Origin: a bacterium
GTDB lineage: Bacteria > Patescibacteriota > Patescibacteriia > JBAXGH01
Length of the DNA: 64,000 nucleotides
NCBI GenBank assembly: GCA_037139515.1
Contig: JBAXGH010000001.1
Span: forward strand, 16,101-80,100
Direction of reading: 5' to 3'
Part shown: piece after piece, positions 18,709-27,958 of the stretch
How positions within the stretch are numbered: position 1 is the stretch's first letter
How the letters are laid out: each line of letters starts with the position of its first letter
The notes under the pieces: generated by a model
What the model saw: the letters and a program-made list of their open reading frames with translations, nothing else
Databases searched by the model: none
Told to the model about the DNA's origin: nothing
Translations under genes and position numbers: made by a program

Positions 18709-19389
18709 TTATTCTTCTTCCACAAACATGTGTCCGAAAACGTAAGCGAGCACGAGCTGGATCCAGAACATAATCATGTTTAACGAATGTGTTGATGGGC
18801 TCATCCAGCCAGCGGCAAAATAGAAGTTCGCGCTCATAAAAGCTCCAAAAAGCAGAGTCACGACCGAAAGCGCAAGTAAGCTCCTATGGTTTTCATGGCT
18901 CTCAAACATCAGGAATCCTGCAGCAAAGATAAGTCCGAGACCGACAAACAGCTCTCCCCAAGCAACCATGTATCCGAAGATATCAGCATATCCAATCGCG
19001 AAACTGACCAAAAAGTCGCGATACCAGCCATTTGGATTATTAAGCGCAAAAGCTCCGAGGGACTTGGACATTCCGGCTATGAAAGCCGGGTTCAAAATCT
19101 TAGAGACACCGGAAACCAACCATTCATAACCAAATACTATCTGAACCAGAAGTAAAGCAAAGCGATAAAGAGATCCGTATTTATGCTTCGGGGATTTTTC
19201 CAGAATACCGACTTTTTCAGCCAACCAACATCTGCCCATGGCAACTTCGAGCACCATGACTCCGCCGAAAATTATCACGCCGATTTGAGCAAGCGGGTTT
19301 TTGAAAATCGCAAGCGCGGAAAAGAAGGCAATCAGTGCCAGAGAAAAGCGTACCGACCTCTCAAAAATATTCAACTTTTGTTTTAACAT
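18709..19389 (-). CDS. integral membrane protein (DoxX-like?)
   Basis: Six or more hydrophobic helices. Family assignment is a weak guess. Confidence 0.3.
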   Translation of the reverse strand: MLKQKLNIFERSVRFSLALIAFFSALAIFKNPLAQIGVIIFGGVMVLEVAMGRCWLAEKVGILEKSPKHKYGSLYRFALLLVQIVFGYEWLVSGVSKILNPAFIAGMSKSLGAFALNNPNGWYRDFLVSFAIGYADIFGYMVAWGELFVGLGLIFAAGFLMFESHENHRSLLALSVVTLLFGAFMSANFYFAAGWMSPSTHSLNMIMFWIQLVLAYVFGHMFVEEE

Positions 19390-19488
19390 AAGCGATGTAT
19401 ATTATTAACGCCTAATATTATACCACTCAGACAATAAAAACCTGACGTGATATCATGATTACACTAATTAATATGAAATTTTTTTCAT

Positions 19489-20352
19489 ATGGCTATCGAC
19501 GTCGAAGGAGGTGCGCTGAATCCGGACGAACAAATGGTTTTCGATCACGATCTTGAAGATTTAAAAAAGGCCTCTGAAGCACTCGGACTCAAAGGCCTCG
19601 AAGGGCGTTTGAAGTATGGCTTGGATCCGGCCGCAATGATGGTCGTCGGTGATACTCGCGAGGAAGTTGAGAGAATCACAAAAGAACTCGGCGTTTCAAT
19701 GATGGACGTTTTGCCGCTCATCAAGAAACTTCATCAGGAAGGTCCATGGGGGCTCGCATCACAACTCAAAGCGGCAGAAGATCCTAAAATCCAAACTTAT
19801 TTGGTACTCGCTTCTATCTGCCACGAGTCCCGTGCCGGCTACACGCCAGCAGAATACATAGCAGACCGAAAGCGCGTGGTTCAGGAGCTAGCCGACTTCA
19901 CCCCGGAGCGATTTGATGAGTACAAAGAAAAAATCACACGCGAATTGAAAATTGAGAGCGTAGCAGCTGATGGTCGCGTGCCAATCGCCGAAGGAGATGT
20001 CGCCCTACCACTTTCTGCGCTCGGCTACGAAGGCTGCGTTACAAAAATAAAAGACATGCGTTTCTGCCAGACATCAAGCATTCCTGATGCTTTGCTCCAA
20101 AATGAGGGTTTGAGCAAGGGCTTTGCGGAAGTCTTCAACCCGGCAAAGGATGATTTCGAACGAGTTTCGCTTTCGGATCCGAATAGCGCCAAAGGACGAG
20201 TCGTTTGGGTGAAGAACGAAGACATTGGAAAACCTGAAGCAGACATGAAGCCAATCGTGAAGCGCCTATATCCCGGATATGTGCTCGCATATAACGATGA
20301 AGAATTAGCTGTCAGACTTGTGAGCGAAGCGATTGACGCAGGTAAAAAATAA
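19489..20352 (+). CDS. hypothetical acidic protein
   Basis: Clean 287-aa ORF followed by a terminator. No motif recognised. Confidence 0.4.
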   Translation: MAIDVEGGALNPDEQMVFDHDLEDLKKASEALGLKGLEGRLKYGLDPAAMMVVGDTREEVERITKELGVSMMDVLPLIKKLHQEGPWGLASQLKAAEDPKIQTYLVLASICHESRAGYTPAEYIADRKRVVQELADFTPERFDEYKEKITRELKIESVAADGRVPIAEGDVALPLSALGYEGCVTKIKDMRFCQTSSIPDALLQNEGLSKGFAEVFNPAKDDFERVSLSDPNSAKGRVVWVKNEDIGKPEADMKPIVKRLYPGYVLAYNDEELAVRLVSEAIDAGKK

Positions 20353-20355
20353 GTC

Positions 20356-20387
20356 CAAAAAACACCGGCCGAACCGGTGTTTTTTAT
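20356..20387. terminator. bidirectional rho-independent terminator
   Basis: AAAAAACACCGGCCGAACCGGTGTTTTTTAT. Confidence 0.65.
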
Positions 20388-20394
20388 TCGCGAA

Positions 20395-22137
20395 TTACCA
20401 GCTCCCTCCCCCTCCGCCACCAAAACCTCCGCCTGAAAATCCGCCCCCGATTCCACTGCCGCCGCTTGAAGCCGATTTTTGAGGTGTTGTCGCAACTGCC
20501 GAATTGAGCGACCGATTAAGATCATGCATCGCCGAATTAAACATCAAATAATCAAAAGCGCCTGGATGTGAACTCTGATACCAATCCTGTGTGCGAATCA
20601 CATCTTTTAGCGCCACCGACCACTTATCCACAACTAAGAAAACCATCGCATAAGGCAAAAACTTCTGAAAAACGTTTTCCGATTCCTGCCACTTCAATCG
20701 ATATTTCTCAGCTCGCGAAAGATATTCCTTGAAACCCATGATTTTTTCGTATTCCCGGGTTCCTGCCTCGGTTCGCTTCGGCATAAAGGTGCCGAATATC
20801 GCGAATATAATCGCCGATATAATCATCGAAATCATCCAGGCGATTGAAATGCCGGAAACAAACCAAATCGCAGCTACAACCAACACGGTCGCAACCACAT
20901 AAAAGAGATTTCTGACGGTTTCCGGATTTCCCACGAACCATTTACGTGAAACCATTTCTTCGTATAAAAACTTCTGCGCTGCCTCTCGCCCAGCCTTTAC
21001 TTCTTTGGCACGCGACTGTAGCTCAGAAATCTCACGCCTCATAGCGCTCCCCATAATGCCCGTGAGCATCGAAGTTTCATGCTGCTTCAAGCCATCAAGC
21101 GGCTTTTCCGTTCTTTCAATCGCAAATGATTTAGATGTTCCAAGAATTCCTTTCTTCTCCGTTTCGATAATCTTCAGGTATCCGCGAACAGCCAAGTCGA
21201 TAATCGTAGCCGATAAGTCCCGGTCATGAACTTTTCCATCTTCAAGTGCACCAACTTCTCCAGGAGTCATCCCCTCCGGCGCCTCAAATTCGGCGACAAT
21301 CGCGAGCGGCTTTGGATCGCGACCATTGCGATACCAATACAGGAACAGAAGAATAAAAATCACGAAAGGCATCGCGACAACCTTATTATCATTAGCAAAC
21401 CAAAACAGACGAGTTAAAATTGACGGCTGTTTGATGCTACCGCTCGGAAAACGTGCCGCGATGGTCAAAAAGTCATTTGCCTCAACTTTCACCACAGCGC
21501 GCCCGTCGATTTCGACCACGGATTTTGTGCAATTAGTTGAAGTCGAGCCGATTTCGCCCGTATAACATGATATTTCCACTTTCGCGGAATCGACGCCAGA
21601 CGGAAGCTTAATCGTAGCAATAGTTTTTTTCGGAATTACCGGCCAACCGCTACCGGTTACGTTCCAATACAGCTCGTCAGTTGCCTTATTTGAGAGCAGA
21701 ACACGGGTAACGTCGTAGGCGATTTCGTATTTCACGACACCTTTCACAAGCTTATTTGCGTCCCCGATTTTGATCACCAAGTCCTCGGACTCACGCGAAG
21801 TTGTATAACCGGTCGGCTCACCATTTGCCGTCACGCTCGCAACTTTTACTTTGATAGAAACGTTATTTCCGGAATCGTTTTTATAATCAACCGGAATCTT
21901 TCGAAAAATTCCGTGACGCCCGACAAAAAATCTAACATCGATGCTTTCTCTGACATGAACCGTGGAATTCGAAAGAACTTCGATATCAGCCGAATATTTT
22001 GATATATCAAAATCATTAATTCCCTCTTCGGTCTGAGCCTGAACAACGATGGGCAAGAAGAGCGAAAGCAGGAGCATGATTCGAGCCGCGATTTTTCGCA
22101 TAGTATTACAGTTAGCGCATGTAGCGTTTATTGGCAT
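20395..22137 (-). CDS. DUF2207-family membrane protein with a Gly-rich C-terminal tail
   Basis: Signal peptide, large extracellular domain, transmembrane segments, then the C-terminal GGGFSGGGFGGGGGGSW typical of DUF2207. Confidence 0.5.
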   Translation of the reverse strand: MPINATCANCNTMRKIAARIMLLLSLFLPIVVQAQTEEGINDFDISKYSADIEVLSNSTVHVRESIDVRFFVGRHGIFRKIPVDYKNDSGNNVSIKVKVASVTANGEPTGYTTSRESEDLVIKIGDANKLVKGVVKYEIAYDVTRVLLSNKATDELYWNVTGSGWPVIPKKTIATIKLPSGVDSAKVEISCYTGEIGSTSTNCTKSVVEIDGRAVVKVEANDFLTIAARFPSGSIKQPSILTRLFWFANDNKVVAMPFVIFILLFLYWYRNGRDPKPLAIVAEFEAPEGMTPGEVGALEDGKVHDRDLSATIIDLAVRGYLKIIETEKKGILGTSKSFAIERTEKPLDGLKQHETSMLTGIMGSAMRREISELQSRAKEVKAGREAAQKFLYEEMVSRKWFVGNPETVRNLFYVVATVLVVAAIWFVSGISIAWMISMIISAIIFAIFGTFMPKRTEAGTREYEKIMGFKEYLSRAEKYRLKWQESENVFQKFLPYAMVFLVVDKWSVALKDVIRTQDWYQSSHPGAFDYLMFNSAMHDLNRSLNSAVATTPQKSASSGGSGIGGGFSGGGFGGGGGGSW

Positions 22138-23209
22138 TATGTTCCTCCAGGGTCTTCGCGTACTTTACCTCACCGTCCGGCGTCGTCAAAAAGTACCAGG
22201 CTTCATTTTTACTCGGTTTCAAAGAAGCTAGAATTGAAGCCATTCCCGGGTTCGAAATCGGACCGAGCGGCAACCCTGGGCTTGTATAAGTGTTATATTC
22301 TGATTCCGATGCGCGATCGGTGGCCGTTGTAAAAGGCGTTTCGCCGTTTTTTTGATTTGCATATTTCACTGTCGAATCACATTGCAGCGCCCAGTTGATT
22401 TCATAACGCCGCCAAAGCAAATCCGAAACCTTGGCGCGATCAATATCGCCATTCACCTCGCGTTCAATCACGCTCGCCATCGTCACGATCTGAAAAACCG
22501 ATTTCTTGCTGTCTTTCGCAAGCCGAACCATATCCGAATCAAACTTCCGCGTAAATTCTTTGAGCAACTTTCTGACAACATCGACCGGCTTCGCGTCGTT
22601 CGCAAAGCGATATGTATCCGGGAAAAGATAACCTTCCAAACTCACATAAACCGGTTTATCTGCAAGAATCGGGAACTCTTTTGCCCAATCAATCGACGGC
22701 GCCATATTCGGAAGCTCGCGATAATCCGTAGCCGGACGCCCGGTGAGCTTCAAAAAATCTTCGCGTTTGCCGATTCCGAGTCTCTCAATTTCGTGCCCGA
22801 TATCTTCAAGCGTCCAGCCTTCAATCACGCGTAAAACTTTTTCGGAAGCCTCGGAGCCGGAAGAAATCAGACTCGCGATTTTTGCTGCCCCGCTGCCAAG
22901 TTCAAGCTTGAAACTTCCGGTTTGAAACCGATCGCCGCCACCGTGTAACTTCAAATAAATGCGAAAAGCTAGTTCGCTTTTCACAATGCCTTTTTTGGCA
23001 AGACCTGCCGCCACAACCCGTGCACTTTCACCCTGACTGATTTCGAAATCAACAAAACTTCCGGTACCACGCGCCAGATAAATCACATATAAATACCAAA
23101 TCGCGAAAATCACCGAAATAGCCAAAGCAAAAACGGTACCAATTTTGACGCCAAAAAATTTGGTTCGAGTTTTCAGGGCCTGATATCCGGGACCAAAATC
23201 TTGAATCAT
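22112..23209 (-). CDS. mltG: endolytic murein transglycosylase MltG (YceG family)
   Basis: N-terminal TM anchor and the EGYLFPDTY motif. Confidence 0.8.
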   Translation of the reverse strand: MIQDFGPGYQALKTRTKFFGVKIGTVFALAISVIFAIWYLYVIYLARGTGSFVDFEISQGESARVVAAGLAKKGIVKSELAFRIYLKLHGGGDRFQTGSFKLELGSGAAKIASLISSGSEASEKVLRVIEGWTLEDIGHEIERLGIGKREDFLKLTGRPATDYRELPNMAPSIDWAKEFPILADKPVYVSLEGYLFPDTYRFANDAKPVDVVRKLLKEFTRKFDSDMVRLAKDSKKSVFQIVTMASVIEREVNGDIDRAKVSDLLWRRYEINWALQCDSTVKYANQKNGETPFTTATDRASESEYNTYTSPGLPLGPISNPGMASILASLKPSKNEAWYFLTTPDGEVKYAKTLEEHNANKRYMR

Positions 23210-23261
23210 TTTATTCTCTATTAGAGCAAATATCCCGCGACTTGTCGCAGCTCGACTATCC

Positions 23262-23365
23262 CGTCATCCCCGAAACTCGAGCACGAGTTATCGGGGACCC
23301 ATGACGAACACTCATACTTGGGTCCCCGATAAAATCTGCTGATTTTTCGGGGATGACGTCTGTAG
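23262..23365. repeat. nested double inverted repeat (outer CGTCATCCCCGAAA/TTTCGGGGATGACG, inner ATCGGGGACCCA/TGGGTCCCCGAT)
   Basis: Read directly. The outer arm shares the GTCATCCCCG core with the family-2 repeats. Confidence 0.5.
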
Positions 23366-23428
23366 TAAAAAGCACACCGTGAGAGTGCCTGCTACCCAGC
23401 GGTTTGCTGCGAGGTAGTTCATTAGTTG

Positions 23429-25003
23429 TTAGATAAGTGGTGCTCCGGTCATTTCAACCGGCTGAGTCAGGCCCATGATTCGGAGCACGGTTGGCGCCAC
23501 ATCCGAAAGCATTCCAACCGGCGGAATCAGAGCCAAATCAGTTACAGGACCGTTCGGACCAAACTGACCCTCATATTGTTTACCTACAATAATCAACGGA
23601 ATCGGATTCGTCGAGTGTTCTTTATCGATATCGCCAGTCTGCAAATTCAAGACCTCTTCGGCGTTGCCGTGGTCGGCGGTAATCAAAACCACGCCACCTT
23701 TTGAAAGTACGGCATCAATCACCTTTCCAAGGCATTCATCAACAACTTTCATGGCCGCAATTGTGGCTTTCAAATTTCCGGTATGCGCAACCATGTCGGG
23801 GTTGGCGTAATTCAGTACGATAAAATCGTATTTTTCTTCACGAATTTCCTTAATCACGCGATCGGTCAGTTCATAAGCCGACATTTCAGGTTTTTGATCG
23901 TAACTTGAAACCTTTGGTGAAGGAATAATCGCGCGGTCTTCGCCGGTAAAAGGATCTTCGCGAGTACCGTTGAAAAAGAAAGTCACGTGCGCGTATTTTT
24001 CCGTTTCCGCGATATGGAGCTGTTTCAAACCGGCTTCCGAAATCACGCGCGCAAGCGGCATGACCACGGTTTGCGGAGGAAAAGCTACGGTAAGCGGAAG
24101 TCCGGCTTCGTATTCCATCATCGTGATAAATTTCAGATTCTTGATTTTTTCGCGCTTGAACCCAGGATCTTCATCAAGCACAAAAGCTCGAGCTAGCTCG
24201 CGCGCCCGGTCCGAACGATAATTCCAAAAAATCACAGCATCACCTTCTTCAACAACAGCGACCGGTTTATCGCCATCCATCATCACGGTCGGCGGGATCT
24301 GTTCATCGTAAACTTCTTTAGCATACGAAGCCTTGAGCGCTTCTATCGGATCAGTCGCCTTTTCACCTTTGCCTTCTGTGATACATCGATAAGCCGCCTC
24401 CACGCGGTCAAAACGATTGTCGCGGTCCATGGCAAAATATCGGCCAGCCATAGAAGCTAGCTTGCCGATTTTAATTTCCTTCATTTTCGCGAGCAACGTG
24501 GCTACAAAATCAACACCGCTATTATAAAGAGAATCTCGACCATCAAGAAAAGCGTGGATGTAAACTTTTGATAAACCCTGACGCTTTGCAAAATCAAGAA
24601 GCGCATGAGCGTGAGTATCCATGCCATGAACTTTTCCGGAAGAAAGCAAACCCATCAAATGCAATTTCCCGCCAGTCTTTTTGACATGATTCGCGGCCTC
24701 AATAAAAGCCGGCATTTCAAAAAACCCTCCGGAGTCAATAGCATGAGCTAATCGCGGCAAAGATTGAAACAAAACTGTGCCGGCACCAGCGGTTAAATGC
24801 CCGACTTCCGAGTTCCCCATCTCGCCCCATGAAAGTCCGACTTCTTCGCCGCTCGCCCTGAGCGTCATCGACGGATATTTTTGGATTAGCTCTTTAAAAA
24901 CCGGCGTATCAGCACGCGAAACGCCATTGCCTTCGGTGTCCGGCGCAACTCCAAGTCCATCACACATGATAAGCACGACTGGCTTTGGTCTTTGTTCTGG
25001 CAT
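23429..25003 (-). CDS. gpmI: 2,3-bisphosphoglycerate-independent phosphoglycerate mutase
   Basis: VVLIMCDGLG...SEVGHLTAGAG N-terminal phosphatase-domain motifs. The start is taken at the internal MPEQRP. Confidence 0.85.
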   Translation of the reverse strand: MPEQRPKPVVLIMCDGLGVAPDTEGNGVSRADTPVFKELIQKYPSMTLRASGEEVGLSWGEMGNSEVGHLTAGAGTVLFQSLPRLAHAIDSGGFFEMPAFIEAANHVKKTGGKLHLMGLLSSGKVHGMDTHAHALLDFAKRQGLSKVYIHAFLDGRDSLYNSGVDFVATLLAKMKEIKIGKLASMAGRYFAMDRDNRFDRVEAAYRCITEGKGEKATDPIEALKASYAKEVYDEQIPPTVMMDGDKPVAVVEEGDAVIFWNYRSDRARELARAFVLDEDPGFKREKIKNLKFITMMEYEAGLPLTVAFPPQTVVMPLARVISEAGLKQLHIAETEKYAHVTFFFNGTREDPFTGEDRAIIPSPKVSSYDQKPEMSAYELTDRVIKEIREEKYDFIVLNYANPDMVAHTGNLKATIAAMKVVDECLGKVIDAVLSKGGVVLITADHGNAEEVLNLQTGDIDKEHSTNPIPLIIVGKQYEGQFGPNGPVTDLALIPPVGMLSDVAPTVLRIMGLTQPVEMTGAPLI

Positions 25004-25046
25004 AATGTGGGTAGTGTAACAAAAAGACACGATTAAGTCTGTTTCA

Positions 25047-26078
25047 TTACGATGACCAACAGATAGGAGTAAAACTCGCGATAAGTTTACTCGCATTTCC
25101 GTGTGAGCACAGCCCTAAATACGAAGTTGTTCTTTCTTTAGAAGATTCTTCTAGTAATCTTCGCATCATTCGTTTTTTTGTCGCGGTTCGTAGAATCCGA
25201 TGATCCGAAAAATGCACCCAGCCAAGAAAATCAACCCCCGAAGCCAACGTTTCGATAAACACTTTATCAGGGTGCAGCTGCAACTTTAATCGTCGGCACA
25301 AAAAGTCATCAATCACAGGTAGTAGACATTCAAGATATTGTTTTTCGTGATGCAAAAATACAAAGTCATCCGCATAACGCAGATAATACTTTACCCGTAA
25401 TTCGTGTTTTACAAATTGATCAAATTCATTCATGTACGCATTCGCGAGCAGCTGCGAGGTCAAATTCCCGAGCGGCAGACCAATTCCCCCGTCATTCCCG
25501 CGAAGGCGGGAATCCATTTTAGGGTAACTTGTCACAATAGTCCTAAGGAGATCAAAGATTCGTTCATCAAAAATATAGCGACGTAAAATTCCAAGTAATG
25601 TATTTTGATCAATCGAGGCAAAGAATTTTCGTATATCGCATTTTAAAACCCAACAGGTTCGACGATGATTCAAACTCACTTTCCGCGCAAAATCACGAAA
25701 ACGATTCATGGCCGCGTGCGTTCCCTTCCAATTTCGGCAAGAAAAAGAATCCGCAACAAAGCGCTGGTCGAAAAACGTATACAATTTGCGATATAATGCG
25801 TGATGTAAAACCCGGTCACGAACCGAAGCCTTGTGAATATGACGCCGCTTTGGGTCGTTCACGAAAAAGTCTTGATATATTCCATGACGATATTTAGCTA
25901 CACTTAGTTCCTCATGAAGTGCTAAAATATTGTCTACAAGATGCCGTTCATATTCCAACACATCAGGCTTGCCGTGTTTCCCACAAGAAAATTCGCGCCA
26001 TGCTTCAAATAAATTTTCTAACGAAATAATTTCTTCAAAACTACGTTTAAAGCACCCAATATGGTTACCCCCCCCCAA
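25047..26078 (-). CDS. diversity-generating retroelement (DGR) reverse transcriptase
   Basis: RT motifs including YLRYADDFV (YxDD) and the DGR-specific GLPLGNLTSQ (I/LGxxxSQ in place of the group II QGxxxSP). TR and VR lie 0.4-1.0 kb upstream on the same strand. The start is ambiguous: it is called as TTG inside a G9 run. Confidence 0.85.
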   Translation of the reverse strand: MGGGNHIGCFKRSFEEIISLENLFEAWREFSCGKHGKPDVLEYERHLVDNILALHEELSVAKYRHGIYQDFFVNDPKRRHIHKASVRDRVLHHALYRKLYTFFDQRFVADSFSCRNWKGTHAAMNRFRDFARKVSLNHRRTCWVLKCDIRKFFASIDQNTLLGILRRYIFDERIFDLLRTIVTSYPKMDSRLRGNDGGIGLPLGNLTSQLLANAYMNEFDQFVKHELRVKYYLRYADDFVFLHHEKQYLECLLPVIDDFLCRRLKLQLHPDKVFIETLASGVDFLGWVHFSDHRILRTATKKRMMRRLLEESSKERTTSYLGLCSHGNASKLIASFTPICWSS

Positions 26079-26082
26079 CGGG

Positions 26083-26436
26083 CTGAATGAACTCCCAATC
26101 CTTAAAAAGCTGACCGATGCCTACAAACTCTGGCACACGGCCTTTCGGCATCTGCCGAGACTTTCCCGCTTTACGCTTGGGGCTAAGGTCGACGCGATTT
26201 TTTGTGAAGTAATTGAGCATATTTTAACAGCAGGCTATGCAGCTCGAGAGAACAAGATTCTTTGGCTGCAAAGAGCCAGTATCAAACTCGATTCGTTAAA
26301 ATATTTTTTAAAATTAGCCTGGGAGCTGAAAGCACTTAACACTGGCTGTTTTTCCGAAATCTCACACAAACTGGTCGAAGTCGGAAAAGATTTGGGCGGT
26401 TGGCTGAAAGATCTTAAAAAGCAAACTCCCACATAG
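26083..26436 (+). CDS. avd: Avd-like four-helix-bundle protein (23S rRNA-intervening-sequence protein family), putative DGR accessory variability determinant
   Basis: LPILKKLTDAYKLWHTAFRHLPRLSRFTLGAKVDAI...VGKDLGGWLKDLKK matches the helical pattern of bAvd/PF05635 proteins. It is on the strand opposite to the RT. An ATG at 26061 would come into frame only if the C9 tract were C8. Confidence 0.55.
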   Translation: MNELPILKKLTDAYKLWHTAFRHLPRLSRFTLGAKVDAIFCEVIEHILTAGYAARENKILWLQRASIKLDSLKYFLKLAWELKALNTGCFSEISHKLVEVGKDLGGWLKDLKKQTPT

Positions 26437-26462
26437 GCGAGAGTTTGCAAGCAAGAAGAAAG

Positions 26463-26604
26463 TTGCGCACGGCCAGGAACCGATTGTCGGGATCCCACTG
26501 ATTACCGGGATTATCCCAGTTCAGGTTCAACTTACGCTTACCGGAATTCTCGTTCAAATACGGAACCTTACGATTACCGTCTGAATTCACGAAGTCCGAG
26601 CCGA
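26463..26604 (-). repeat. DGR template repeat (TR), 142 bp
   Basis: Matches 27003..27144 except at 20 positions. At 17 of these the TR has A on the minus (sense) strand. TR codons at variable sites are AAT/AAC/AAG/GAT/TAT. Confidence 0.85.
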
Positions 26605-26998
26605 TGTGTGCGTAATGCCGTCCGCTTCACCGCTTCCCGATTTCTCAAAAAGCTGTATCGCATTTGGTATCTTTGAATACCCTAGCATCACGCACCAAGT
26701 TTCTTCATACCAGGGACAAATCGAGAGCGCACTCACACAAAGCTTGCCTTGCATGATTCCGGCATACCGATAAATCCAGAGTTCGGCCGCCCACAGCCAT
26801 AGCGGTGGGAAACATATCGCCTAGACTCCGGTTAACATTATAACACCCAGTACCCGACTAATAAGAATCAAAGTAGGAGGGCTAAGCACCCGACCTCCAA
26901 AAATCAAAGTAGGAGGGTGTAAAAAAATTCGGATGGCCGAGTGTCCTAGGGCCTAAGAACCGGGAACAGAGTACCCAGGGACCAAGCGTCCAAGTTCC

Positions 26999-27958
26999 TC
27001 ACTTGCGCACGGCCAGGAACCGATTGTCGGGACCCCACTGACTACCGGGAAAGCCCCAACTCAAGCCCAACTCACGCCTACCGGAATTCTCGTTCAAACA
27101 CGGAACCCCACGACCACCGTCAGAATCCACGAAGTCCGAGCCGAGAGCTACGATCCAAGATTTTCTTTGAAGATCTGGTTTAGCCGCACCCAAGGCCAGT
27201 AATTCTTCAAGAGTCGCTGGGCGCAACCCGAGCGCATCCAGGCGATCTTCTATCTGCTTGGTAGTTAAGGTTTCGCCAAAGGCGACGGCGATAACTTCAA
27301 TTTCTGTTTTTTCTTTTTCCTTGCCAAAAATGTTTTTCAGAGCCGTTTTAGCACTTCGTTTCCGAGGAAAGTTCTTTTCATTGATATCGCCGTTTTTCCA
27401 GTCGTACTTCCCGGCCGCGATCATTTGTTCCAAGCTCTGACCATAATCAACTTCAACTTTTTCTTTAATTACTTTTTGATCTGGAAAACGAGTGAAAATA
27501 TTCTCGATATGAAGCTTAAAGATTCCCGGAAAAAGCGGGCCGATATAGGCTTTGATGTCAGGTCTGATTTCTTTCTCGCTTGTCGCGATTTGATCCAGGC
27601 GACAATCTAAAACAATCAGCGCGTCTTCTTTTAGATTGCGAGTTTCACGAATCTTGGCCACTCGCGGGTCGTTACCGCGACCAAAACCTTGAATCGGCGC
27701 TTCGATTTCATACAAGAAGATAAGCTCGTCTTTTGTGAGCAGTTCTTTTCTATTTATCTTTCGTTCGATGGCTGTGACTCGCTTCATGTCTGCGGACTGT
27801 TTCGCGTATTTTTCACCGTTCGGATATTCCTTTAGTTTTTTTCGCGAGCACATCGGCGATATAAGCATCAGTATTCTGGTTCGTACCGATGCCTCGGACT
27901 TCATTAAGATTGCCTTCGACAACATGAAGAGCGGCGCGCGGAATTTTCGGAGTTCCAT
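26999..27958 (-). CDS. DGR target (variable) protein, C-terminal portion carrying the VR
   Basis: The ORF ends 4 nt after the VR. Its N-terminal region overlaps the upstream ORF by 146 nt in another frame. Confidence 0.6.
   Translation of the reverse strand: MELRKFRAPLFMLSKAILMKSEASVRTRILMLISPMCSRKKLKEYPNGEKYAKQSADMKRVTAIERKINRKELLTKDELIFLYEIEAPIQGFGRGNDPRVAKIRETRNLKEDALIVLDCRLDQIATSEKEIRPDIKAYIGPLFPGIFKLHIENIFTRFPDQKVIKEKVEVDYGQSLEQMIAAGKYDWKNGDINEKNFPRKRSAKTALKNIFGKEKEKTEIEVIAVAFGETLTTKQIEDRLDALGLRPATLEELLALGAAKPDLQRKSWIVALGSDFVDSDGGRGVPCLNENSGRRELGLSWGFPGSQWGPDNRFLAVRK
27003..27144 (-). repeat. DGR variable repeat (VR) forming the C-terminus of the target gene
   Basis: VR encodes ...GSDFVDSDGGRGVPCLNENSGRRELGLSWGFPGSQWGPDNRFLAVRK followed by a stop. 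The TR equivalent encodes N/K/Y/D at the variable codons. Confidence 0.85.

Noticed and set aside
26866-26917. Two 16-nt direct repeats AATCAAAGTAGGAGGG in the VR-TR spacer as a possible CRISPR-like array
   Set aside because: There are only two copies, with a 20-nt spacer, and no cas genes. They are more likely part of the DGR spacer structure.
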